Below, piece by piece: positions 34,881 through 48,390 of a stretch of DNA of 54,118 nt. How positions within the stretch are numbered: position 1 is the first letter of the stretch; the number at the start of each line of letters is the position of its first letter. The notes beneath the pieces are model-generated. The model was not told where the DNA came from. It searched no databases and was given only the letters and a program-made list of their open reading frames with translations. Source of the stretch: Nemertoderma westbladi (Eukaryota; Animalia; Xenacoelomorpha); the NCBI GenBank assembly GCA_032718475.1, contig JAUCBJ010008477.1, forward strand, positions 1-54,118. The letters run 5' to 3'. Both the position numbers and the translations under genes were made by a program.

Positions 34881-37800
34881 TTACGTTGGGGAGTCCCTAG
34901 ATGTTTGTTGGATTAGGGAGGTGGTCGTGGGAAGAGTATCTTGCCTTCCATAGTTTCCGGAGAGTTCTCTGTCTCTTTCCAGTAAACATAAACGACCAAC
35001 TGGGCGATTGAGCAGCTGTGTCTCGAAGACAATTCCAGGTTTCCTCTTCGTCCTGGAATAGTGACAATAGAAACATCGCTTCAAATACACGACGGCCTTA
35101 CAAAGCCGATTCCAGGATCTATAGTGGTCCATCGCTCCCGGCAGGAGAGGTGAGAGTCCCTGCGAGACATCTGGTGTTCCAGATCTCCAGTCTCTCTCTC
35201 TGATCTCCACAACAGATCGGTTCGCGGTGGGGGAGTTTAGATCCACAGTGTCGTCCCTGGCAATGTGTAGTACAGACAGATCTATCACGGGTTTAAATAA
35301 CCTTGATTTACTCGTCCGGGTTTTAGGTTTGACTTTCTCCGCTCCCTTGGCTTGTCTAATCTCAGCCGTGGTAAGATGGGGAGGCCATTCATCTTCTTTA
35401 CTTAGGAAGTCGGGTCCACCTAACCAGTCTGGAGTATCTGTCAGTTCTTGAGGAGTTGCTCCTCTGGAAGCGATGTCGGCTAGATTAATCGTCTCGGGGC
35501 AATGTCTCCATTGATCTACATTGGAGTTAATATCGTCATTATCTGAGGAGTATGGTGTTCTCTCAGTTGGGTCATCTACCTCACTGCTCTCCGCTTCCCA
35601 TTCACTTACTTGGTATACCCGTTCTTTTGGTAACCTTTCCATGAGAGTTCTATGGGAAGGGCCAGTAAAGTACCAACCTACTCTAGTTCTTCCCGCATAG
35701 GCTTGTAGTGGTTGCGGTTGAGCAGGCCATTTCTCCAATGTCTCAAGCGCCTCATGCGCATTTTGGCCGATGAGTATTTGCACTCCAGGGTAGTCTGTGT
35801 TGAATCTAGGTATCTTAAGCTGCTGGGTGAAATCGTCCTCATCCCAGTTATAAGGTTCTACTTGGCTGGTAGCGAAGTTCTTTATCGCCACCATTTTTAC
35901 TGACCTTATACTGTGTTCTCCTAGTTCATCCTGGGGGGTGGACAACGCACCTACATAATAATCTGCTATTACTGTAGATTTCCAAACCTGCATAATTCCT
36001 GACATGTTTAACTTAGTTCAGAACTTGGGTTGTCCAGCAAAGATGTCTTCGGCTAGTTCTTTGTCGATTAATGTTCCTGTGCTACCGGAGTCAAGGAGGG
36101 CGTTCACTATATAACTCCTTTCAGGTCCGTGGACCCTCAACTGCACTACGGGAAATTCTCAGATTCCTACATTGGAAGTTGGTGCTTTCCAAGATGGTTG
36201 TCGGTCAGAAGTAGTTAGGGGGAGCTCGCTGTCGGTGTCCTTTTCATACGTAAGTGCTCGATACACTGCGGTATTTATCAGGTAACAGGATTCGTTTTCG
36301 TCGGAGAATTCGTCCGTATAGAATCCTTCCATCTTAGAACTTTGGTCAGTGTCGTTCACATCACTGAATTGGACATGTAGTTCGGACTCACTTACCTGAC
36401 TCGGGCTGTTTCTTTCGAATTCAGTGTGCAACAAGATATGATGTTTTGCGCCGCACTTTGCACACCTTGCGTCGGAGTAACAGGTTCGCCGTTGGTGTCC
36501 TCGTCTGAGGCAATTATAACACAACCGCTTATCCCACATGACTTCACGTCTATCCTTTAGTGATTTCCTCAGGAATTCATCACACGCACTTAAACGGTGG
36601 GGCCCGTCGCACAGCACACATTTTGGTTTGATGTTACTTACCTTACTTTGGGTAACGTTGTGCACACTCGTTCTTTCCTCGGGCTTTCTTCCATGAATTC
36701 TCTTAGGAGACGTAGGAGGAGTTTTTCTTACCTGTTCTCTCCTGTCATTGGTTCGAGACTTGAATTTACTTACGTCCTTAGGCGCTGTGTTGTCATAGTA
36801 AGATCTTTCAGTGTCTTTCCCGCTGTCTTCCTCTTGAGAAGCCTGGGTTTCGCCGTCGTCTGTATAACACACTGGTATTACCTTTCTCCTAGAAACGGGT
36901 TTCTCACTTACCTTATTTTCCGGTGTCTTCTCTCTGGACTGCTTTAGGAGCTGTAATTTTACCTCTCCATCTAAGAATGACATGAGATCAGCCATGGTAG
37001 GGTCTCTTCGTTGTTGTTCCATCATATACACTAAACACTAATAACACTTTCTTGTCCCAGCGTGTACCTACTCCACCCTTTGGCAAAGCAGATGCTACGG
37101 CTCCAATAACCATAGAATTCTGGTATTCATGAGACTTACCCAACCAGTCTAATTGTCTACAGATCTCCTGAATTTCATCGGAAAACTCTATAATCCCGCT
37201 GCTACGAAACTTTCGGGGTGCCATTAATTTCGCATGCAAATACCTAGCTATGTTAGTCCTATTACCATACCTGATGTTTAGTGTATCCCAAACTTGTCTT
37301 AATCCATCTGGATGTCCAATAAACTTTAATGCCATTAACTTGGGAGATCCTTCCAAGCACTCGATGAGGAATCTAAGTTTCTCTCCGTTAGATAGTACAG
37401 AGTTCTGTATATTATCTTTGTAATATTCATTAAAAGGTAACCATTTCATCTCATCTCCATTGAACTTGATGATCTCTCCTACCTTTACCGCTTGATGGGC
37501 TTCGGTCCTAGCCATTTGACGCGTAAAACTTTCTTGGGCCATCGTGTTATTTAATATCGAGTTATCGGTATATAAATTTCTCGGATTAATATCAAGTCTA
37601 TATGGAATATCATTGTCAACAGGTTTATAATTACCCTTAATAGGGTTTACTATAGGAGTTTCTACTTCACTAGCAGTATAGATGCGTGTAGGCTCCACAC
37701 CTTGCGCATGAAATACTTCAGACCTAACAGGTTGACACATTGTTACAGGGGTTGGTGGTATACCCTTTTGTATATTTACCAATTTATCGCGTTCTAACGC

Positions 37801-39120
37801 GATACTCTGTTGCACTTTTTGCAACTCTAACCTACTTTCCCTTACTGTGCCCTTGAACTGCTGAACAGTTCCTTCCATCTCCCGGACCTGCTGAGAGGAG
37901 CACTTACGGTGTTCCCTCAGCTGCCCGAGCAGGAGACCCATCTCCCGTCGTCCCTCTGCTACCCACTCGACCGCCGAAGCGGGAGTCGCCAACGTAGTAG
38001 CGGGCGAGCGAGAGACGACGGGCGATAAATTCTTGATATCTCACTCGGCGTCCAGGACGGGTTCGGACTCGTGAACAGTCCTACTGGGCACAGGTAGTTT
38101 AGTACTGTGCAAAGGGAATTTAGAGGTAGGTTCTGGGAGTACAGGTGTCTCTATCACCGAAGGGGTGGCTTCGAGAACAGGCCTAATTATTTCAGGCTCA
38201 TCTACTATAGTAGGGAGTCTATCTATTTTAATTATTTGGTCTGTGGGTTCTGTACTACCTAAGTCTGTGTTAGTTAGTTGCCTTCTAACAGCTGGGGGCA
38301 AATCAGGCAATTTCTGATGGTGGGACATTCTTCTACGTCTGCTTAGACGAGATCTATTTCCTCCGCCTTCAGGATCGGTGGTATCGCCTTCATCAGATGA
38401 TGTATATCCCTGTCTTTTGGGAGTAGATCGACTCATCATCTGCATTTGACTAGCTGTTAACTGTTTATTTATGCAGTCTTGATTCTCTTGAATATTTTCC
38501 AACTCTAGTTTGGTGGTCTCTTCAGATGCTCTTCGTTCTGCTTCTGCCACTGCTCGCTTTCTTTCCGCTTCTGCCACTGCCACTGCCGCTTTTCTTTCCA
38601 CTTCTGCCGCTGCCTCTGCCGCTTTTCTTTCCGCTTCTACCGCTTTTCTTTCCGCTTCTGCCTCTGCTGCTGCCGCTGCTGCTATCTTTCTGTCTTCTAT
38701 ACGTTTTTTCTTTACTTGTTCTTCTTGGACTCTAGCGATGCGGAGGCGTTCATCAAATTTAGCTTGGTTCGCAGCTAAAATTTCCACATCGATTGCATCC
38801 AACACAAGCTTGGTTCCTTCACTATTAGGGCGAAGTCCAGACAGCCGTCTCCTCAACTCTTCGTCACCTAGAAATCGTTGATAGTCTGACAGATAGATGT
38901 CAATAACATCCCTCTTATGCGGTTTTTCTGCTGTCACTTCACTTTCCACTTGGGAAAAGGTAGCGTCTGTTGATTCTCCATGGGTTGAGCGCTCAGCCAG
39001 CAGAGATTTCCACTGGGCAGTTCCTTGAACTTTGAGACTCACCCGCTGAAACCAAGTCTTTACGGCAACTTGCAACGACGTGTCTTGTCTTCTTTTCGAA
39101 GCCTCCTCAAAGGCCGATAA
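34881..39120 (-). pseudogene. BEL gag-pol of B2: in-frame TGA at 38041 and 36159, frameshift at ~37030, RT and integrase core deleted
   Basis: IIKFNGDEMKW..KLRFLIECLEG; CVLCDGPHRLSAC..LCYNCLRRGHQRRTC..CAKCGAKHHILLH; ALLDSGSTGTLI (~36070-36105); WRHCPETINLADIASRG; terminal RPVGRLCLLE. Confidence 0.9.
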
Positions 39121-39268
39121 GATTAGTCTGATTCTTAGAATTCTTTCTCTAACTTGATAAAGCAGCTCTCCCTGCTCTTGAGGTCCTTGGGGTTGTCGAA
39201 ACAGTTGTTCCTGGTTACTTTACTTTACTTGATTACCGTTATTTAAGCAGTAGTCCAACTGACATTAA

Positions 39269-40105
39269 CCCTATTCCACCTGGGCTCTTTTGTCCGAGAT
39301 TCCACCTGGGGTTGGGCATAATATGCCCAACAGTTTATTATACACTAAAAAGTAATGATAATTTTATCAAAACTTTCCAAATTTTCGCAGGTTTATAGAA
39401 AAATATATAATGCATCTGTTCTGAGTTTTATATATTCATAATTTAAAATAATATATCCATATAAATTAATTATCATGAAGATAACCCATTAGTAAAAAGA
39501 TGAGATAATACTCCTCCCAACACCACTGTCTGCCTAACTCTGCCAGACATCCCAAGTGATAATTTTGCTTGCAGGGGTGCTGTTATTGAATAGATTTATT
39601 CACCTCTGTTTATGTCTGCTGTATTACATTAGGAATATACTGGGTTCAATGGTGGTTGTTGTTTTATCCTAGTAGACTTATTGCTTGCTTATCTGTCAGT
39701 TTAGTATTTTGTTATTAAAAAATAATGTGATTGATGTGTACTAATCCAAGCAGTAGACAATCTCATGTTTGAATTCAACTTTACAACCCAGCCAAATGAA
39801 TGTCCTGGACCGTAATTGGTTGTATTCTAGCTTGTTAACCAGGGGAACTATCCAACCAGAGATTATCTTTTCTACCAGTTAGGCTAATAAAGATATTATA
39901 ATAAAAAAATGTGACTATGATATGAAAAACACACCATAGCACAAAAAGTATAAATGATGAAAAAAATATTTTGTAACCATCAGAAAGCCAATTAAATTCT
40001 AGGAAAAGTCAATGAATTTCATAATAATACATAAAAATCATCATCATGAATTTCAAAAAATAAAAAGTGTTGGGCAGATTCTGCCCAACCCCAGGTGGAA
40101 TAGGG
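39269..40105. mobile_element. Non-autonomous piggyBac-type MITE (837 bp) with TTAA TSD
   Basis: TTAA(39265-39268)-CCCTATTCCACCTGGG ... CCCAGGTGGAATAGGG-TTAA(40106-40109), plus an asymmetric internal inverted repeat; no ORF. Confidence 0.93.
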
Positions 40106-41521
40106 TTAAGACCTAATTGTTGTAAGACAGGCCTACTATTTTATAAATTGGTTTGAGTTGATTTATAATATATATACCCGTATAATGGGTTTTTTGTCAA
40201 TATTTGAAATAAATGTTATTATTTCTGGGAAAGAGTCACCGCACAGAAGCTGTACGCTCTCAGTGAAGTGCTACTTGTTGGACACTAAAACAAATAATTA
40301 TAATTTACCTAAGTTACTTAATAATACAAATTACGTACAATTCGGGGTGAGATTACAATCTCTAAATAAACACAAAAATTACACGTACGAATTTTTAGGG
40401 TAATTTTACAAGAAGTCTACAAACCAGCCTAACAAAGGGTTAGAATATCTGGTTATTACAACGGACAGGATACTACGGTATTTGAAAATAATAAGCAGTA
40501 GTAAATATACTGCGTTGTCCAGATAGGAAAAATACCACCGTCTGACGACTTATAGCCGTATCGCTATAAGTACTACGTTATGTTTCATGGAGTGTTCCTA
40601 CCTAGAAGTTAATTACCGCGGCCTACCAGAGCCAACGTGCCTATTAACCACTTTACAACACGAATATACTGCCTACACACTAATTACCTTCGGAAAGCAC
40701 TGCACACTAAACCCTAAATTAGGTACAAGTACTTATACAACAAATAACCAGCCGTTAGAAATACTTGTACAGCTAAAAGAACCACGGTATCTGCCGGAGT
40801 GACCGGAGCATAAAATCACCAGTCTTTACCTACGCCTAACAGCCCTGATGTAGTACCGGAGTTAATTTAACTATAACGGTATATATAACACGCACAATTA
40901 CTGTAGGAATAAACTTGGGGGTATGAATGTTGCGAATAATCGCATAAACTCTGAATAATAAATATTACGCTACCCTTACAGACTATACAAACAAAATACA
41001 GACCAAACGCTGGCAGACTACTATCAAGCCTAAATAAACTACAGTATATGCAGACTCCGAAATGGTTAGTTAGTATGTGTTCTAACCGAGTAGTACGACT
41101 TATTCTTTCAGGGGGATTTACCTTACAGCTCTGGAAGCCCACCACATCCCTAACTAGTACTTTATCGGACATACACTCTACACACACTGCAATCTCTTCA
41201 GACTTAACAACAGTCAGACAACACTCCAGCCTACAAATTATCTGTACAATCTGAGCAGGCTTACACGTCTTCTGCTCAATATTAACTTACAGATAAATAA
41301 AACTGACAGAAATAAATAAGCTCCAAAAGAAACAAGGGGTGTACAGTCCCTAATCTCTTAAACAGCCTACCGGTATACAATATCACAATCGAAATAATAC
41401 TAGTACCTGTACTGCGGTAAGTACCAGTTCGGGTGGTTAGGCAGTTAGGCCTAATGGTTACCGGTCGACCGGTACTTTGCCTTTATTGCTTACGTTGCAA
41501 TAAAGAACTTATAACTGTTAT

Positions 41522-42651
41522 TGTTCGCGCTTTCAGACCTTTAGCAGTTTAACCTGCCAAATTTAGGTGTCTTCTAGGTTATAAATCGACTTTAGCCTAT
41601 GACGAGTATTGGATACACTACATTAGCCGAAGCCAGCCTAGCCGCAACCATTCACCCGCTGGATATACCCGGGAGACTGGATTCGGATGCTCTGACATTA
41701 TTGCGGTGTAGGCCTACTGTATTATTCGATTGATCGTTAATATATAATCTCTGACAAATATTATTCACTTTCGGGAAATATCAACAGTTCCTTTAGTACG
41801 TGGCGCTCTAAGTATGAAAACAGAGTTATGATTTACACTAAACACAACGGGATGGCTATTGATTCATGTATAAAGCGCATTCTTTAGGAGATGCTTTGTT
41901 ATCTATCACACTCATGCACAATACCGCACAATGCTGCACACCAATCTGCCGACCTTCACTAATTTTAATCACATATAAAGAGAACAGCAACCGACACATG
42001 TAGTGCCTATGAAATAGCATTAGATTCACTCCAAAACCAATATAATGTAAGTCGCAATTGCTATATGTAACCGGTCTCTTACCTTCAGTATATCAAGGAG
42101 ATTGGGGTTTTATGATTATTTATCGATATTATCCAAATATAATAATATTCTATCAACTGATACAATTAATAACCGACAGTAAATAGCATTAAAATAATGC
42201 GGTGAAAGGTCTTAATGCATTGAGTTATATCGTGATGTACTGTGTTGCGGTTTGATAACAGTTATACGTTTCTATGATCAAAGCCTACTAATGTTTGGCT
42301 AAAGCCTGAAACACAGAATAATTCCACAGCGGGTCTTCTGGCATCAGGAAAAATACACACTGACTGAATTGCGTGAGTTTCTGTATACAATGTCCAACAC
42401 AGAGTGAAAATCGCTCTGATTGGTCGACCGAACAAAGAACAAGGGAAAAGTTACACATGTACATATCAGCTGATAGATGTCGTCATCTTGAACTACACTG
42501 TATCAAGAGTATTTGGCGTATTGCGACATAAAATTGCTAGTTATGTCCGCTAAAGTACACATACAGAAGAAATGGATTTTTATGTCCACTAAAACACCTA
42601 CAGAGTACTTTGCGGGGAAAATAACTAGCTAGATCCGCAAAAGCCTTTACA
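41522..42651 (-). repeat. LTR (~1130 bp) of the same family as solo LTR 16475-17583; probable 5' LTR of B2
   Basis: Minus strand TGTAAAGGCTTTTGCGGA...GCGCGAACA aligns along its length with the solo LTR; it truncates the gag of element C. Confidence 0.88.
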
Positions 42652-45600
42652 GCCAATTTTTCAAAAAGGGCATGTTGTTGATGTGAGGTTGGGTGATTAC
42701 AATTGCTTTCACCCAGGCAATCTCTAGAACGGCCATTGTTATACTTTTTACCAAAGATTTCACGGTCTGGTGGTCTGTCTGAATCTTTGTCTGAGTATTT
42801 GTCCGGGTCCCCCTCTGGGTCTTTATCCGGGTCCCTGTCCGGGTTCCAGTCTGGATACCTGTCCGGATCCCTGTCCAGGTCCCTGTCTGAATACCTACCT
42901 GGGTTCCTGTCTGGATACCTGCCCGGATACCTGTCCGGATCCCTGTCCGGGTCCCTGTCTGAATACCTACCTGGGTTCCTGTCTGGATACCTGCCCGGAT
43001 CCCTGTCCGGATCCCGGTCCGGGTCCCTGTCTGAATACCTACCTGGGTTCCTGTCTGGATACCTGCCCGGATCCCTGTCCGGATCCCTGTCCGGGTCCCT
43101 GTCTGAATACCTACCTGGGTTCCTGTCTGGATACCTGCCCGGATCCCTGTCCGGATCCCTGTCCGGGTCCCTGTCTGAATACCTACCTGGGTTCCTGTCT
43201 GGATACCTGCCCGGTTCCCTGTCCGGATACCTGCCCGGTTCCCTGTCCGGATACCTGCCCGGTTCCCTGTCCGGGTCTCTGTCTGAATATCTACCTGGGT
43301 TCCTGTCTGGATACCTGCCCGGTTCCCTGTCCGGATACCTGCCCGTATTGCTTCGACTTGCAGGTCGATTGACACCCGTGGGATTACTAGTAGTATCAGA
43401 CTGTCTTAAGGGTGGCCTACTTACTGACATTGAGTCCCCTGATTTTCTTGGGGTCTGCTCAGTGTAACATTTAGACCATTGATGCGTTTCTCGTGGTTTA
43501 ACATAAAAATCACAGTCCCGCGGTCCTCGCGGTAAACAAAAAGGTTCTGAAGTAACATTAACTTGTCTATTATCAGTTGTTTCTGCCTTTTTTGGCAGAG
43601 GATATGGATTTCTCACTGTTTGATATGCACTCGCTGCACATGGTAAGTGTATCTGGGGTGTCCCGGGAATATGAAATGAACCTTTTTTTCGAATATCTGG
43701 AATGTAATAGCTTGGCTGCTCATGCAAGAACATACTACCCCTATGGTGCGTATTACCCCTAACTTCATTGTTCTCTGTAAATGAGGATTCAACCTTAATC
43801 CGTCTACTTGCTGCACCTGGCGCATTGTGTTTTGGCACAGTTGGGGTTACTATTTGTTGCGTTAAAAGGTTAATAGCCTCTTTAACGGAAGTTACTGCAT
43901 CCTCTAGCTGCTGTTGAGTAACCGGATTCTCGGGGATGGAAGTCATATTATTGTTATTACTTGAAGATTGTGGATGTACAACTTGACGCCGGAAGATTCT
44001 AGTCCTGTGTGGTTCCAACGCAATTGAATCAGCTGATTCATCAGGTGATTCTTCTGTGTCAGTCCTAATTACCTTACACTCGTCACTAAATATCAGTTTC
44101 ATCCTGTCTATGTGTCCTTTAGGGTGGATCGTTTTAGTTTCAGAAGGGATAGAACAATCCTTAAAAACAACAGGTATGCTGGCTGTCTTTTCTGCTGGTA
44201 ATGGATGGTTATTAGGTGTGGATCTAAGGGGAGGGGGAAATGTTGAATAGTCATTACTAATTAGGGGTATAGATCGGACTGGTTTAATTGAAGGTACAAC
44301 ACCTAGACCTGCCAATTTGTCCGAAACTACGTCTGTACAATTCAATATTTCTGCTTGCTGACGACATTCTTCCACCTGTAGCTGGTGGTGCACAGTCTGA
44401 ATATCCATTGCATCTTCAAACTGACGTATGCGATCATAAATATCACTTCTCCTTCGACTTTCTACCACTCTAGCTTGTTCAGCCTGTTCCACGCGTTTCA
44501 ACTGTTTCTCTGCATTCTCTGTGAGAAGAATAGCTTCCCGTCTTGCGTCTTCAGCCTGCTGGGTAGTCTTCGAAATCATGCGGTTGGCTTCTATTGCTGT
44601 GTCTGCAACCTGACGCTTGGCTTCCTCTATGCATGCTTTTGCTTGTTCTGACATAAGTTCATTTTGAACATGGGTTTTTTCTCTCTCTATTTGATGAGAC
44701 AAGCGCAAAGTTTCTTCCGCTTGTCTTTTAGCTAATACAGCCATATAAGCATCTGCTATTCTTCTCAGTTTAGATGACTTAGAAGACTTATTATCAGATC
44801 TCTGAGAGTGTAATGACATATCAGTAGTTACTTTACCAATACTACTAGCAACTGATTCTAATGTACCTCCCTCAAGCCGGTGCTTTTGCAAAGGAAAATT
44901 AAGTAATTCAGAATGCCCTACATTTTCTAAACTGGTTTGATGGGTCATTGTTTGTTCAAGGTCTGACCTCAATATCGAGGACAATGGATAGTTATCCCAC
45001 TGCATATTAGACATGCGAGACTGGGAAGAGTTTACCGGACTTCGGATCACTCTAGGAACACACACAGTCGCACTAGGCACACACACATTACTGGCAGATA
45101 CCTTGTCATACACCTGAATTAAACTATCCCTAAATTCCCGATACTTATATTCATTCGTTACAAACTTATTTTTGGCCCGTTGGTACTCACCGAAGGTTCC
45201 TTGAGTTTCTAAGAAATCAATTTGCTGTTTATATAACTTGGTAATTGATTGCCACCTAGATTCTAAACGTGCAAGATTCCTATCAATGTTGTCTAAAGAC
45301 TTACCTGTTTTGGGAAATCTTGCTTGGGCTTCCAACTCAAATATTCCAACGTCTAAATGGTGATAGAATTGACCAAGTTGGCGGTTGATGGTGGCTATAT
45401 CCACAGCAGGGATTTCTTTTGTTGTTCTAGACTTTGTTCTAGAACTACGAGTTATTCCGATTAATGTGTCACGAGTTTCGTGGACGGCACTTTGCTCACT
45501 GCCAATAGCACAGTGAGAGTTCTCGTTCTCACCAAGTGAGATGATGTTGTGGACAGGATATGAGTTTACTGGCAGCTGCCCAATGGGCTCTGTTTCATTT

Positions 45601-45716
45601 ACCGAGATCGTAGGCCGTTGAAACGCCGACGAAGTCTCGTCCGAGTCTAATCCATTACCACTGGGAACGAACTCGCTTTGAGGGGTCTCCTGTTCCGTAG
45701 ATGCATCGGTAGACAT
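42652..45716 (-). CDS. gag: BEL-like Gag N-terminal region (element C), truncated by the LTR at 42651
   Basis: ~1020 open codons with BEL-like architecture (helical N-terminal domain, coiled coil, Pro/Ser-rich linker, repeats); the last ~38 aa of the listed ORF come from the LTR. No catalytic motif seen. Confidence 0.65.
42770..43345 (-). repeat. 12-bp/72-bp coding repeat (PGRYPDRNPGRYSDRDPDRDPDRD)
   Basis: Tandem TCCGGATACCTG/TCCGGGTCCCTG subunits grouped in 72-bp units. Confidence 0.95.
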
Positions 45717-46323
45717 GATAAAGGTACGGATGTTATCAAATTTTTATTTTTTATTTTCGAAAGTTCACTCTCAATTTACCTGATAAAGAATATAAATAAG
45801 GATACAGTAATTATATTACAATAAAACAAAACTTAAAATCTGACGACCATATTAATCATACTAACTGAGTCAGTCTTGGCTCAGCTTTAGCATATCACCG
45901 GTTAGGTGACAAATTACGAAAAGAAAAATATTAGTACGGGTTAAAAACGAAGAGAAAAAATACCCGAGATATTAGAAAAATATACTACAACTATCTTCTA
46001 GCTTCAGTGGTGCCTCCACTAGTAATTATAGTCAAAGAACAAAGTGTAGGTCTATCTACTGTATCTTCTTACTTACAGTAAAGAATACCTACAGTAAAAT
46101 TACTGAACTTAAGAAATAAAGTAATAAATTATACGTTACGGAATAAATTCCGGTCCTGAAAGTCCTGGTTGCACTGCCTTGTATTGGCCTCAACTAGGTT
46201 AGTCGCAGACGTAATCCTTCGCGCCCGTGTGCCGCTTGGCGATATTATCTTTTCTGAGTTCAAGTCTGGCCCAAAAAAAGAGTACTTGCCCCATCCAGTC
46301 GCCGAATCCTCACGACCGGTTCT

Positions 46324-46670
46324 TGTTGATAGAGACCAACAGCTGGGAGAAAAGGAGTAGCGCTGAACGTTGGTTGGAGAGTTGGAAATGGAAATAAACA
46401 AATAATTAATTGCTCAAGTACCGCACCACGGTTCCTAAAGAATAATACTTATCTTTTAAGATTTCCGTTTAAGATTTATTTATCACCTAAATAACAAGGG
46501 TTGTGTGTAGTAAGCAAGATATTATTATTAGTAACCGATTGCTCCTTATACTCTACTATATAAATTATATTGAAGATTCACGGATACGTGCACAACTACA
46601 AATTACATAGGGCTGCCCAGATACAGAGATACCAAGGACTGCTATACTACAGGACTGGCACACTGAATAT
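46324..46670 (-). repeat. Possible partial 5' LTR of element C, cut by the P-like transposon
   Basis: Minus-strand ...TCAACA end followed by weak PBS-like CCGGTCGTGAGGAT; AATAAA and TATA-like motifs. Confidence 0.35.
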
Positions 46671-47463
46671 CCAGACCCCACTAGCGGGGTCCATTAGTTC
46701 CCTTCTAATATGGCTCCGAAATAGATGTTAAATTTTCAATTTTCTCTCACAGATAAATTGTTATTTATTCTTCTTATGTGTTTATGACGAACCTAGCTAC
46801 CTCAAACCTGCCTCGCTGCCTGCTTTAACGTTTGAGGCTGATATAATTATTGCTAAGCCAGTGATTAGTCCATATACCATAATACTGTATGGTAGTAATC
46901 GTGCTCGTGCACTATGCATAATAAATTCAGACACTACCGGCACCGCCCACTACTCTCGCCAACAGCCCAGCCCAATACATTAAATAAACATCTTAGTGGG
47001 GCGAGCCACGTAGTGGTTGAAGCTTTACCGTACAGATTTCATAATGTTGACATTCTTGTGATCTGCAATTTAAGATTATAAATTTTAACACGCAAAATGA
47101 ATATTAAATAACGATTAGAAAATTTATTTGTTTCCAGCAGCTGCTATTGCAATCTGCAATGGTTTTCATATGTATAAAATGCCGGCAGTGTAGGTAGACA
47201 CACTCGATTCAAAATAACAACATCAATTGGCCCTTAAAAAGGGCATTTGGGTTGAGTTGTATTACAGTATGTGACTGTAGGCATATTGAATTATCAAAAT
47301 TAATTACAATTAAATTAATAGATAGTCGAATAGTCAATCTTCACTACAGAAGATTAATGTCCTTTATCCAGACCGGCAATGCGGAGAAATTTCCTGTTGG
47401 TTCCGTGACCTTCGGAAGATCGCTTTTCAGAGCACATCATGTTGGAGCGTTTCTACATTCCGT

Positions 47464-48390
47464 TTAACAGTGTGTTCGCAAGGGTGGTACATGCGCTGCG
47501 GGGGGCGCTGGTATTATATCGTACTGTACAGCGATGGTTTTGACCACCTGGGCTAATTGACGGTAGCACAGTATGGTTCCATCAGGTACCGAATCTACCC
47601 ATGTCGTTGACGCCATTACACACCAAACCAACTCATGTGATGGCAGCTGTAATCCACCCCTAGATAGCGTCTGGATAAATGCATTATCAGCCTGGATGGT
47701 GTTACCGGATACTTTTATCTCTGGAATTACACGAATGATATAACCAGCTACATAGGCAGCAGCATGCCGCTCACCAACAGTAGCCTCAAGTTCACCCAAA
47801 CGATCTATAAGGACAAGGTCGGTAAATGGGGTTACGCAACCTGGACATTCAATAGGGTGTTTAATGGCCGTCAACACATCTGGCATTTCACCCATCTTTA
47901 CGAATGCTAGAAGGCTACGTAGACGCATCCCAGATTCAATATCCTTTACAGTAATTGACTGGTTAGAACCGGTCATACCGACTGTGAGTAACACTTCGAA
48001 CCGCTACAATGCAGCTGCAACTGATGGGATATAAACTCCAGCTGGGTTTTGTATTTATAATCAGAGCTGGAGGCGATAGCGTCATCAATCAACTCTCGGG
48101 CTTTCAGCTGCAAGTTCTCGGTCGTTCCTACCACGCTTCGTTTAACTGCGACAATAACCTCCAACAGCAACAGCTGGGACCAGGGAATGAGCTGCGCGTT
48201 AGGAGCGAGGCAATAGTTGAGCGATATACGTTTGTTAGTAGGACTAAACGCAGTACATAGATATCACTGCAGAGAAGCTGCCTCGTTTCAATACATATTT
48301 TGCCTGAGTAGGAATCGCTGACAAAAACATACAGCATAATGAAATCAGCAGTTATCTTAACAAATATATCGACGGATTCAACACGAACAT
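47464..48390 (-). pseudogene. Downstream part of the P/THAP9-like transposase (catalytic core largely deleted)
   Basis: YVAGYIIR..FIQTLSRGGLQLPS typical of P-type transposase C-termini; joins the THAP part as WIRNDVR|VESVDIFVK across the hAT insertion. Confidence 0.75.

Larger units (their letters stand above)
34863..42651 (-). mobile_element. Internally deleted BEL/Pao element B2 (close relative of B1) with 5' LTR 41522-42651
   Basis: Gag and protease fragments closely similar to B1; PPT-like GGAGTGGGTG at 34872-34863; LTR homologous to the solo LTR. Confidence 0.85.

Noticed and set aside
36159-38043. Programmed readthrough at the in-frame TGA codons of B2
   Set aside because: The paralog B1 has Arg at the 36159 position, neither stop has a readthrough context, and the copy is otherwise decayed; ordinary nonsense mutations.
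41522-42651. Second solo LTR
   Set aside because: The flanks GTTAT and GCCAA do not form a TSD; better explained as the 5' LTR of B2.
42647-43467. Overlapping alternative-frame and antisense ORFs (242, 254 and 200 aa)
   Set aside because: By-products of the 12/72-bp repeat.
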